Assembly (NCBI GenBank): GCA_050290065.1 | Contig: JBNKGY010000001.1 | Span: 16,103-80,102 of the forward strand | Source: Marinilabiliaceae bacterium | GTDB taxonomy: Bacteria; Bacteroidota; Bacteroidia; Bacteroidales; Marinilabiliaceae | Reading direction: 5' to 3' | DNA: 64,000 nucleotides | Shown: positions 21,736-31,061 of the stretch, piece by piece | Numbering within the stretch: the first letter of the stretch is position 1 | How the letters are laid out: each line of letters opens with the position of its first letter | The notes under the pieces: generated by a model | The model's input: only the letters and a program-made list of their open reading frames with translations | Databases searched by the model: none | What the model was told of the DNA's origin: nothing | Made by a program: the position numbers and the translations under genes

Positions 21736-23430
21736 ATGAAAATTAAATTAAACATTGCACAAAAGTTATTAGCTGGATTTGGATTAATATTATTTACAAT
21801 ACTAGTAAATGGAATTTCGACCTATTTTACTTTACATAACAGTAGATCACTAAGTAATAAGATTACTGGTGTTTATAGCCCTTCAGAGCAAAATATTACA
21901 CATTATAAGGATCTGATTAATAGTTCAAAAACACTGATGAAAAGTTGGGTTTTTGTTGATCGTCAACCAGGTACTGCTGATAAGGTTAGATTAGAAAATT
22001 TAATTTCAGAGGAATATCCTAAATTAGTTGAAGGATTAAATAAAATAAAAGTGAATTGGTCACAGAAAGATCAGGATACTTTTGATTTGGTAGTGCATAA
22101 AACAGATTCTCTTTTTGTTAAAGAACGATATGTAATGTCAAGTCTTAATTCCTTCGAGGCATATGATGATGTGATGGTAATTTTTGAGGTTGAGCCGATG
22201 GTTCAGGAAGATGGAGAAATCATAAACCTCGGTAATGAAATTATTAATGATTTAACCGTTCTTGGTGATAAATTTAATAAGCAAAATTCAGATTCACTTC
22301 AAGAAATGGATGATTCCTTTGGTTGGTTCAACGGATTTGTAGTTATCATGGTTATTGTTCTGGTTTGTATTTCAGTGTTAATAGCATATGTATTATATAA
22401 TAGTATTGTAAAGCCTTTAAATAAGGGTGTTACATTTGCACAAACCATTGGTAATGGTGATTTAACGGTAGAATTGGATATCAATCAGGAAGATGAGATT
22501 GGGTTGTTGGCTAAGGCATTAAATACAATGGCATCTAATTTAAAGGGAATTGTAATTTCTATTAAAGAAAATGCAAACGACTTAGTTAGCAGTGGACAAA
22601 ATGTTAAAAGTAGCTCATTGCAACTATCAAAAGGTTCAGCAGACCAGGCAGCATCAGCCGAAGAAGTTTCAACATCAATTGAAGAAATGGTTGCTAATAT
22701 TGATCAGAATACTGATAATGCTGTCCAAACAGAAACCATTACTGTGGAAACCGCAAAAGATGTGAATGTGGCTGATAAATTATCTTCAGAGGCTGCCTCT
22801 TCAATGAAGAGTGTGGCTGAAAAAATCACTATTATCGGAGATATTGCTTTTCAAACTAATATTCTAGCTTTAAATGCTGCTGTTGAGGCAGCTAGAGCAG
22901 GAGAACATGGTAGAGGTTTTTCTGTAGTTGCAGCTGAAGTGCGTAAATTGGCAGAAAGAAGTAAAGTAGCTGCAGATGAAATACATAGCTTAGTAAATGG
23001 TGGTTTAAAAGTTTCTCAAGAGGCAGGAGAGAAATCAAGGTTATTAGTACCTGATATAGAAAAAACAACCCAATTAATAAAAGAAATATCAGCAGCAAGT
23101 CTTGAACAAAAGACTGGAGCAGAGCAAATTAATATGGCAATGCAGCAGTTAAATTTAATTACTCAAGAAAATGCCTCTTCTTCTGATGAACTTACACAAA
23201 GTGCAGAACAATTATCTGAATTAGCAGATCGATTAAAAGAAGCAGTAAGCTTCTTTAATATTGGAGCTGAAGAAGAATTTATTAGTACAAAAGAAAGCGA
23301 AGAAGAAGATAAGGTAATCGATAAAAAAAACGAAGAGAAATCAAAAGAATCCAAAAAGGCTAGTTTTTCTTCAAAACGAAGTGATATTATAAATCTTGAT
23401 AAGGATTTTGATAACTATGAAAAATTTTAA
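21736..23430 (+). CDS. mcp: Methyl-accepting chemotaxis protein (2 TM, periplasmic helical sensor, HAMP, 34H-like signalling domain, C-terminal pentapeptide)
   Basis: [40 protein letters not shown]; HAMP GDLT..DEIG.L..A.N.M; ends NYEKF. Confidence 0.96.
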   Translation: MKIKLNIAQKLLAGFGLILFTILVNGISTYFTLHNSRSLSNKITGVYSPSEQNITHYKDLINSSKTLMKSWVFVDRQPGTADKVRLENLISEEYPKLVEGLNKIKVNWSQKDQDTFDLVVHKTDSLFVKERYVMSSLNSFEAYDDVMVIFEVEPMVQEDGEIINLGNEIINDLTVLGDKFNKQNSDSLQEMDDSFGWFNGFVVIMVIVLVCISVLIAYVLYNSIVKPLNKGVTFAQTIGNGDLTVELDINQEDEIGLLAKALNTMASNLKGIVISIKENANDLVSSGQNVKSSSLQLSKGSADQAASAEEVSTSIEEMVANIDQNTDNAVQTETITVETAKDVNVADKLSSEAASSMKSVAEKITIIGDIAFQTNILALNAAVEAARAGEHGRGFSVVAAEVRKLAERSKVAADEIHSLVNGGLKVSQEAGEKSRLLVPDIEKTTQLIKEISAASLEQKTGAEQINMAMQQLNLITQENASSSDELTQSAEQLSELADRLKEAVSFFNIGAEEEFISTKESEEEDKVIDKKNEEKSKESKKASFSSKRSDIINLDKDFDNYEKF

Positions 23431-23448
23431 TCAAAGTAATTTAAAGTT

Positions 23449-23760
23449 ATGGATGTACCATTTTCGGTTGATATAAAAAATAATAAAGACCTGATTACAA
23501 TTCTTGTATCTGGTGAGTTAATTATCAATCATATTCAAAAAATCAAATCTGTATTTTTAGAATCTTTGGACTTTTCCAAAAACCTGAGTATAAAAGTTAC
23601 AAACCCTACATCTATTGATATTACCTTTATTCAATTGTTATGCTCCATTAAAAAGGCATTTACAGATAAGGGGTTTGAATTTAATTTAGAAGGTACCTTT
23701 AGTGAAGATGTGTACAGTTTAGTATCAAATGCAGGATTTAACGATCTATTTAAACTATAG
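23449..23760 (+). CDS. STAS (anti-sigma-antagonist-like) protein
   Basis: VSGELII, SIDITFIQLL; sits at the STAS position typical of F8-like che operons. Confidence 0.75.
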   Translation: MDVPFSVDIKNNKDLITILVSGELIINHIQKIKSVFLESLDFSKNLSIKVTNPTSIDITFIQLLCSIKKAFTDKGFEFNLEGTFSEDVYSLVSNAGFNDLFKL

Positions 23761-23779
23761 AAATTAATTTTAACAAATT

Positions 23780-24145
23780 ATGGCTAAAACAGTTCTTATT
23801 GTTGACGATTCAGAAAGCATCAGGGAAGTAGTAAACTTTACCCTACAAAACGAAGGATATAACGTTTTGGTTGGCGTTGATGGTGAAGACGCTTTACAAT
23901 TCCTTGATGGTAGAAGTATCGATATTATTATTACTGACCTTCATATGCCGAACTTAGACGGATTAGGACTAATTCGTAAAGTTAGAGAAATTGAGGAGTA
24001 TAAGCATATCCCAATATTGTTTTTAACAACTGAATCTCAGGCAGGAAAAAAAATGGAGGCTAAACAAGCAGGGGCAACAGGTTGGATTATTAAACCTTTT
24101 GTTCCGGCAAAATTGCTTAGTGCTATTTCAAGAGTATTGAGATGA
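23780..24145 (+). CDS. cheY: CheY response regulator
   Basis: LIVDDSESIR, IITDLHMPNLDG, FLTTES, WIIKPF. Confidence 0.92.
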   Translation: MAKTVLIVDDSESIREVVNFTLQNEGYNVLVGVDGEDALQFLDGRSIDIIITDLHMPNLDGLGLIRKVREIEEYKHIPILFLTTESQAGKKMEAKQAGATGWIIKPFVPAKLLSAISRVLR

Positions 24146-24537
24146 TGGAGGAAATAAAGAAGTCTTTTATTAAAGAATCAATAAAAGATTTGGAACAAAT
24201 AGAATGCTCTCTGGACTTTAGTGAAGGAGTAAATGTTGATCAAAGTCTTATTGAGAAGGTTTTCACAACTACACATAACATTAAAGGAACAGCTCCAATG
24301 TTGGGTATTGATAATTTAGATCATATTGTCAAACCTATGGAATTGGTTTATGGAGAACTTCGTAATGGAAAACTTCTTTATTCCGAGGATATTGTTATAA
24401 ATACAAAAACACTAATTCCCGTTATAAAGTCGGAATTATGTACTAATCAACAACATACAATTGACTCAAAAGACGTTAACCAATCGTTACGTTTTTTTGA
24501 TTCTCTAATAGCAAAAAAAATGCATAAGCATGATTGA
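24142..24537 (+). CDS. Stand-alone Hpt protein resembling the CheA P1 domain
   Basis: F..ES..DL..IE, VF...HNIKGTAPMLG aligns with IFRAMHSLKGGGAMFG of the adjacent CheA. Confidence 0.75.
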   Translation: MMEEIKKSFIKESIKDLEQIECSLDFSEGVNVDQSLIEKVFTTTHNIKGTAPMLGIDNLDHIVKPMELVYGELRNGKLLYSEDIVINTKTLIPVIKSELCTNQQHTIDSKDVNQSLRFFDSLIAKKMHKHD

Positions 24538-26560
24538 TAAATTTCGAGCAAAATTTGTTGAAGAATCATTAGATAATATCCATGACTTAGAAGAAGCACT
24601 ACTTCTCTTGGAGAAGGATAAATCTGACAAAGAAATAATTGAACGAATATTTAGGGCTATGCACTCTTTAAAGGGTGGAGGTGCGATGTTCGGATTTAAT
24701 GATTTAAGTGAGTTTACGCATCATTTAGAAACTGTATTTGATTGGGTAAGAAATGATAAACTTTCAGTTACAGATGATCTAATATCATTAACCTTTAATG
24801 CAATAGATCAAATTAAAAAATTTTTGGAGGTAGGTGATATTACTGATGAAAGTGAAAAAAGAGAGCTTGAAAAATTTACACAACAAATTCAACAATTTGT
24901 TACTAAACCTTCAGGTCAGGTTACACAAACCGAAGATTCTACTAAAGATGAGTTAAGTTTAGATGATGAAACAAAAACTTATTTCATTCGGATTATGCCA
25001 TTTAATAATATCTTATTAAACGGTACTAATCCATTATTTTTATTAGATGACCTTCATGCGCTTGGTCAGGCATGTGTTATGCCGTGTACAGATAAGGTTC
25101 CATCTCTGGATACGCTTAATCCTGAGGATTGTTATGTTGCATGGGATGTTTTATTAAATACATCTGAACCAATTAACGAAATTCAGGATGTATTTATTTT
25201 TGTTGAAGACGAATGTGAACTTCAGGTTGTGGAAGTATCACCTGGTAATATATTGGAACATCCATTAATGGTTGAGTTAATCAATAAAGCAAAGAGTGGA
25301 GAACAAAGATTAACAGCCGATATTTTAAAAGGAATATCTTGGACAGGAGAAAAAAAGAAAGAAGAATCAGCTGATAAGAAAAAAATTCAACTTAAAGAAC
25401 ATAAAATATCTAGTATTCGTGTTTCATCAACAAAGATAGATGAGTTGGTAAATCTTGTTAGTGAACTTGTAACCATTCAAGCTCAGCTAAACCTATATGC
25501 AGAAAACAGTGGTGATGCTCAGTTGATTGGTCTTTCTGAAAATATTCAAAAACTTACTCGTCAGTTACGGGATAATGCCTTTGAAATAAGCTTAATTCCA
25601 ATACAAAACGACTTGATGAGATTTCAACGTCTTGTAAGAGATCTATCAAAGGAATTGTCAAAGGAAATAGACTTCATTATTGAGGGTGGTGATATCGAAT
25701 TAGATAAAAATATTATTGAACACCTTACTGATCCATTGTTACATATGATCCGAAATTGTGTAGATCATGGTATCGAACTTCCGGAAGAAAGGATTAAAAA
25801 GGGAAAATCACCGAAAGGGACTATCATTTTTAAAGCATATTACGAAGGAGCAAGTGTCATTATTAAGGTGATAGATGATGGAAAAGGAATTGATTCAAAC
25901 GTTATCCTAAAAAAAGCTATTTCAAAAGGATTGGTTGATGATGGAATTGAATTGAATAAGAAGGAAATATTCGATCTTGTTTTTATGAGTGGCTTTTCCA
26001 CAAAAGAAAATGTGTCTGATATTTCAGGGCGTGGTGTTGGAATGGATGTGGTTAAAAGAAAGATTGGTGAAATTCGAGGTGAAGTATCAATTGATTCTGA
26101 ACCTGATAAGGGAACAACAGTTACTCTTGAATTGCCATTAACACTTTCTATAATTGATGGATTGTTGGTAACAATTGCTGACATCCAGTATGTAATTCCA
26201 ATTTCCGCTATTGAAAAGATTTTTCCACTGGAAGTTGAAGATAAGACAAAGATATTTAATAATATAATTACAATAAATAACGAACAATTTCCTGTAATTA
26301 GTCTTAGAGAAATATTTAAAGAAGATAGGAAGGAAGATAAAGAACATGTAATCCAGGTTAAATTTGAGGATAAAAAAGTGGGATTAATTGTTGATGAAGT
26401 AATTGGTGAATTTCAAACCGTTGTAAAACCCCTTGGAAGATTACTAAATGATCAGGAAGTGATTTCAGGGGCATCAATTATGGGTGATGGAACGATATCT
26501 ATGGTTATTGATTCCAATCGATTAATTCATCATCACTGGGTACAAAAATTACATAAATAG
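24530..26560 (+). CDS. cheA: Chemotaxis histidine kinase CheA
   Basis: P1 MHSLKG, P3 SIRV...KIDELVNLVSELV, P4 HMIRNCVDHGIE/DDGKG/GFST/SGRGVGMDVVK, P5 CheW-like domain. Confidence 0.96.
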   Translation: MIDKFRAKFVEESLDNIHDLEEALLLLEKDKSDKEIIERIFRAMHSLKGGGAMFGFNDLSEFTHHLETVFDWVRNDKLSVTDDLISLTFNAIDQIKKFLEVGDITDESEKRELEKFTQQIQQFVTKPSGQVTQTEDSTKDELSLDDETKTYFIRIMPFNNILLNGTNPLFLLDDLHALGQACVMPCTDKVPSLDTLNPEDCYVAWDVLLNTSEPINEIQDVFIFVEDECELQVVEVSPGNILEHPLMVELINKAKSGEQRLTADILKGISWTGEKKKEESADKKKIQLKEHKISSIRVSSTKIDELVNLVSELVTIQAQLNLYAENSGDAQLIGLSENIQKLTRQLRDNAFEISLIPIQNDLMRFQRLVRDLSKELSKEIDFIIEGGDIELDKNIIEHLTDPLLHMIRNCVDHGIELPEERIKKGKSPKGTIIFKAYYEGASVIIKVIDDGKGIDSNVILKKAISKGLVDDGIELNKKEIFDLVFMSGFSTKENVSDISGRGVGMDVVKRKIGEIRGEVSIDSEPDKGTTVTLELPLTLSIIDGLLVTIADIQYVIPISAIEKIFPLEVEDKTKIFNNIITINNEQFPVISLREIFKEDRKEDKEHVIQVKFEDKKVGLIVDEVIGEFQTVVKPLGRLLNDQEVISGASIMGDGTISMVIDSNRLIHHHWVQKLHK

Positions 26561-26569
26561 GTGTAAATT

Positions 26570-27028
26570 ATGGAAGGCGATTTTAAAACATTAATATCCT
26601 TTAGCTTGGGTGATCAAACATTTGCGTTTGATAGTCTTAAAGTGCGAAATATATTACCATATGAAGGGACGGCTACAAAAGTTCCAAATTCAAAGGATTT
26701 TATTTTGGGTGTATTCAATTTACACGGTAATATTGTTCCTATTACTGATTTGCGAGCAATAATGAAGTTAGAGCAAGTTGATTACACAAAAGATACCTCA
26801 ATTATTGTTGTATCTCCGGAAGATAAATTAGAATCACAATTTGGAATTGTTGTTGATCTGGTAAAAGAAGTTTTTGAAGTTCAGTTAGATAAAATTGAGT
26901 CATCATCATTTCAGAAAGGAATGGGGCTTATTGAAACATTTGAGGGAACAATAAGGGAAAAAGATGAATTTATACATCTCATTGATTTAATGCACGTTAT
27001 TTCGCAAATTGAAAGTAAAAAAATTTAG
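26570..27028 (+). CDS. cheW: CheW coupling protein
   Basis: F.LG...FA, T.VPN...FILGVFNLHGNIVPITDLR, GIVVD.V.EV. Confidence 0.9.
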   Translation: MEGDFKTLISFSLGDQTFAFDSLKVRNILPYEGTATKVPNSKDFILGVFNLHGNIVPITDLRAIMKLEQVDYTKDTSIIVVSPEDKLESQFGIVVDLVKEVFEVQLDKIESSSFQKGMGLIETFEGTIREKDEFIHLIDLMHVISQIESKKI

Positions 27029-27030
27029 TA

Positions 27031-27510
27031 ATGGAAGAAGCAAACAATTCATATCTTTCTTTTAAAGTTGGAACTGAAACATTTGCTGTGCATGTAAGCA
27101 AAGTAAATGAGATACGTGAATATGAAAAACCACGTAAGGTGCCTGAGGCGATGTCGTTCATGAAAGGTGTTATTGATCATCGAGAGGAAGTCGTACCAGT
27201 TATAGATACAGGAATTAAGTTTGGACTAAATCCGGTAGAAATAACTCCACAAACCTGCATTATCGTTATAGATGTATTAAAAAAAGATACAAATTCTGTA
27301 TTTAAAGTAGGCATATTGACTGATGCCGTAACGGATGTATTTGAATCAGAGGATAGCAATTTTAAAAAAATTGAACGTGATTATACACCAAATTACATTC
27401 AAGCTACCTATAAATTGAATGATAATTTCTATTTGATACTAAATTCTGATGAAGTATTTAGTTTAAATGAAATTGTTGGAATGAGTGAAGCAATACAAGA
27501 AATAAAGTAA
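27031..27510 (+). CDS. cheW: Second CheW coupling protein
   Basis: YLSFKVG.E.FAV.V.KV.EI, VP....FMKGVI..R.EVVPVID, VGILTDAV.DV. Confidence 0.9.
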   Translation: MEEANNSYLSFKVGTETFAVHVSKVNEIREYEKPRKVPEAMSFMKGVIDHREEVVPVIDTGIKFGLNPVEITPQTCIIVIDVLKKDTNSVFKVGILTDAVTDVFESEDSNFKKIERDYTPNYIQATYKLNDNFYLILNSDEVFSLNEIVGMSEAIQEIK

Positions 27511-27513
27511 CGA

Positions 27514-28383
27514 GTGGAAAAGGCCAACACATACTCAAAGGATTTAGATTGCTTTAAGGCTGAATTATCTACCAAAGATTTTGAAGCTTTTAGTCAATTT
27601 ATTTATTCTGAGTTTGGTATTAAAATGCCACCTGTAAAAAGAATAATGTTGCAAGGGCGTTTACTGAAAAGGATAAGAAATTTAAATATGAATTCCTATT
27701 CAGAGTATAAAGACTATTTGTTCAGTAAAGAGGGACAGAAGGAAGAGATATTTAATTTTTTGAATGTTGTAACCACTAATAAAACTGATTTTTTTAGAGA
27801 ACCAATACATTTTGACTATTTAAAGAGCTCTGTTTTGCCGGAATTTCTTTCAAAAGATAATAGAGAACCTTTTAAAATTTGGAGTGCAGGTTGTTCAAGT
27901 GGTGAAGAACTGTATACCCTAGCTATTACTCTGAATGAATTTAAAAGTATAAATGTAGGCTTTAATTATTCCATGTTAGGGACTGATATTTCTCAAAATG
28001 TATTATCAAAAGCAGCAAAAGGTATCTATCCACTAAATAAGGTGGATATTATTCCAATAGATTTAAAAAAGAAGTATTTATTGAAAAGCAAGGATGCCAA
28101 CAACCAAACTGTAAAGGTACGGCCAGAGCTTCAGCGAAATTTGAATTTAAAATATCTGAATCTTATGGATTCCAGTTATTCAGCTATAAATGAAAAATTT
28201 GACGCAATTTTTTGTAGAAATGTATTAATATATTTCGACCGGGCGACACAGGAAAGTGTGATTAATAAATTAAGTTCTTATTTAAAGCCAGGAGGATATT
28301 TTTTTATAGGACATTCTGAATCGTTAACAGGAATGAATGTTCCACTAGAACACATTAAACCAACTATTTTCAGAAAAAAATAA
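27514..28383 (+). CDS. cheR: CheR methyltransferase (chemotaxis type)
   Basis: TTNKTDFFRE..HF, IWSAGCSSGEE.Y, GTDIS, CRNVLIYFD, GHSESL. GTG start. Confidence 0.95.
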   Translation: MEKANTYSKDLDCFKAELSTKDFEAFSQFIYSEFGIKMPPVKRIMLQGRLLKRIRNLNMNSYSEYKDYLFSKEGQKEEIFNFLNVVTTNKTDFFREPIHFDYLKSSVLPEFLSKDNREPFKIWSAGCSSGEELYTLAITLNEFKSINVGFNYSMLGTDISQNVLSKAAKGIYPLNKVDIIPIDLKKKYLLKSKDANNQTVKVRPELQRNLNLKYLNLMDSSYSAINEKFDAIFCRNVLIYFDRATQESVINKLSSYLKPGGYFFIGHSESLTGMNVPLEHIKPTIFRKK

Positions 28384-28400
28384 AGCACAAAAAGAGAACC

Positions 28401-29303
28401 ATGAATAATTTATCAGACAGACAATTACTTAAGGAGCTTAGACAAAGGCTTGAACATGGTAAGAATAGTGAGAAGGAAATTAAGGAATTGACTCACGAAT
28501 TACAAAGTGTGTCAAAAAAGCTTAAGGATTCAGAAGCACTTAAGAGTCATTTTATATCAAATATCTCAAATGAAATAGTAAATCCGTTTACTTCGATATT
28601 AGGACTGTCAAAGGCAATTCTATCTGTTGAAAAGCATGATTGGAAAAAGGTTGTGTCAATGGTAGCATTGATTCATTCAGAAGCATTCAACCTTGATTTT
28701 CAATTGAAGAATATTTTTGTGGCCGCTAAAATTGAAGCAGGTGAAATAGCCCCTAATATTGCTAAGGTTAATATTAGAAGCTTATTACAAACGGTTGTTG
28801 ACTCTTTTAATATAATTTCCCGTAAAATGGGAATTTCAATTGATATTCAATTTAATATTGAACATGGTTTTGGAAAGAATTTTTACTTTAAAACTGATTC
28901 AGAAAAACTTAAGCTTATCCTTAGTAACCTTATTAATAATGCATTAAAATATAGTTATAAAGATAGTAAGGTAATTATTTCAATATGGCTGGATGATGAA
29001 GATGTTTTGAAAATCTCTGTTCAAGATTATGGAACCGGAATTTCTGAAAAAAATCAGAAAACAATATTTGAACGATTTAAAAGATTAGATACCGGTATCA
29101 ATTCAATAAATCGTGGTCATGGTCTTGGTCTTTCAATTACAAAAGCATTATTGGATACATTGAGTGGAGATATTGAAATAGCGAGTCAAAAAGGTGAAGG
29201 ATCAACCTTTACTATAAGTGTGCCGGAGGCCAAAAATATTGTGGACGGATTTAGTGGAGAAGGAAATGATATATTCTTTGATGAAGAGGACGAGATTTTT
29301 TAA
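28401..29303 (+). CDS. Sensorless HisKA-HATPase kinase-like protein lacking the phospho-acceptor His
   Basis: H-box reads FISNISNEIVNP (N57 in place of H); N box NLINNALKYS, G1 DYGTGI, F box IFERF and G2 GHGLGL are intact. Confidence 0.8.
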   Translation: MNNLSDRQLLKELRQRLEHGKNSEKEIKELTHELQSVSKKLKDSEALKSHFISNISNEIVNPFTSILGLSKAILSVEKHDWKKVVSMVALIHSEAFNLDFQLKNIFVAAKIEAGEIAPNIAKVNIRSLLQTVVDSFNIISRKMGISIDIQFNIEHGFGKNFYFKTDSEKLKLILSNLINNALKYSYKDSKVIISIWLDDEDVLKISVQDYGTGISEKNQKTIFERFKRLDTGINSINRGHGLGLSITKALLDTLSGDIEIASQKGEGSTFTISVPEAKNIVDGFSGEGNDIFFDEEDEIF

Positions 29304-29313
29304 TGGTGAATAG

Positions 29314-29784
29314 ATGAATCAATATTTACAACATTTTTTATATCCATCCTCTCTTTTCGTCAGCAAAGAACCTTTTTTGGTTAAAACCATATTAGGCTCG
29401 TGTGTTGCAATATGTTTATGGGATTCACGATTGAAAATAGGAGGTATTAATCATTACATGCTACCACATTGGAATGGTAATGATTTAGCTTCGCCAAAAT
29501 ATGGAAATATTGCAATAGACAAGCTAATTGATAAATTGCTTTTTCATGGATCAAGAACCGAAGATTTGCAAGCGAAAATATTTGGAGGTGGAGAATTAAT
29601 GCAAACAGGAAATTCAAGAACATTAATTGGAGAACGAAATATTCGTGTGGCCAGAATAATGCTTGAAGAAAAAAATATTCCAATTGTTGCTTCCAGTACA
29701 GGTGGAAAAAGAGGTCGAAAAATCATATTTTTTACCGATACTGGAGAAGTGAGACATAAATTATTGGATAAAAAGAACCCATAA
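29314..29784 (+). CDS. cheD: CheD chemoreceptor glutamine deamidase
   Basis: TILGSCVA, GGINHYMLP, KIFGGG, IGERN, GG..GRKI.F. Confidence 0.93.
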   Translation: MNQYLQHFLYPSSLFVSKEPFLVKTILGSCVAICLWDSRLKIGGINHYMLPHWNGNDLASPKYGNIAIDKLIDKLLFHGSRTEDLQAKIFGGGELMQTGNSRTLIGERNIRVARIMLEEKNIPIVASSTGGKRGRKIIFFTDTGEVRHKLLDKKNP

Positions 29785-29875
29785 ATGATAATTTGATTCT
29801 TAAATAAACTAAGCATCATTTTTTTTTATATATTTCTTATTAATAACATTCATTTTAATAAGATAACCTTGTACT

Positions 29876-30955
29876 ATGCGGATGAAAAAAATTCGGGTAT
29901 TAGTAGTTGATGATTCAGCTGTAGTTAGACAAAGCCTTTCAAGTATTTTAGGTTCGGACCCAGAAATAGAAGTGATGGGTACAGCGGCTGACCCTATTAT
30001 TGCTGTAAAAAAGATTATGAAGGAGATACCTGACGTTATTACGTTAGATATCGAAATGCCAAGAATGGATGGGTTAACATTCTTGCGTAAAATTATGTCA
30101 CAACACCCAATTCCTGTTGTGATTATCTCATCACTTACAAGCGAAGGTACAGAGGTAGCGATGAAAGCACTTGAGTATGGTGCTGCCGAAATTATTGGTA
30201 AACCGGCGATGAATGCCGCTAAATTTATTAATGAATCAAAGATTGTGATCTGCGATGCTGTTAAAGCAGCAGCGCATGTGAAATTATCGAGAAAGAAAAT
30301 TAAAGTACCGCCTACCAATATAGAAGTAAAACCTAAATATAGTGCTGACGTTATTCTTGAAAAAGCTTCCGTGTCAAATAGAATATCGGTAACAGATAAA
30401 GTTATTGTATTAGGAGCTTCAACAGGAGGAACTGAAGCCATCAGATCCTTTCTTAAAAATCTACCCGCAAAAATGCCTGGAATTGCAATTGTTCAGCATA
30501 TGCCTGAAGGATTCACAAGATCATTTGCTAACAGTTTAAATAACATCTGTAATTTAGAAGTTAAGGAGGCAGAAAATGGCGATAAACTTTATCAAGGTAG
30601 AGTTCTTATTGCGCCGGGAAATTACCATATGCTGTTAAAAAGAGTAGGTAAAGAGTATTTTGTGGAGGTAAAAGAAGGACCTTTGGTAAACAGGCATCGT
30701 CCGTCTGTGGATGTGCTATTTAGAAGTGCTTCAAGATATGCAGGTAATAATGCAATGGGTATTTTGTTGACCGGAATGGGAAATGATGGTGCAAAGGGGT
30801 TGTTGGAACTTAAGGAATCAGGTGCAGAAACAATAGCCCAGGATGAACAAAGTTCTGTTGTTTATGGTATGCCAAAGGAAGCAGCAAAACTTGGAGCTGC
30901 CAATCATATTTTAGGATTAGAGCAGATTGCTCCTTTCCTAATAAAGTCTCTTTAA
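29876..30955 (+). CDS. cheB: CheB methylesterase (REC plus esterase)
   Basis: [18 protein letters not shown]; triad motifs [19 protein letters not shown]. Confidence 0.96.
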   Translation: MRMKKIRVLVVDDSAVVRQSLSSILGSDPEIEVMGTAADPIIAVKKIMKEIPDVITLDIEMPRMDGLTFLRKIMSQHPIPVVIISSLTSEGTEVAMKALEYGAAEIIGKPAMNAAKFINESKIVICDAVKAAAHVKLSRKKIKVPPTNIEVKPKYSADVILEKASVSNRISVTDKVIVLGASTGGTEAIRSFLKNLPAKMPGIAIVQHMPEGFTRSFANSLNNICNLEVKEAENGDKLYQGRVLIAPGNYHMLLKRVGKEYFVEVKEGPLVNRHRPSVDVLFRSASRYAGNNAMGILLTGMGNDGAKGLLELKESGAETIAQDEQSSVVYGMPKEAAKLGAANHILGLEQIAPFLIKSL

Positions 30956-31061
30956 ACATATAGATATAAAATAAGTTCGTTAAATATTTATTTTATAAAA
31001 AGTTTTTAATTTCGTCTGGCTGTTATCAACTACCAATTATTAAATTACAAAACTCATTATT

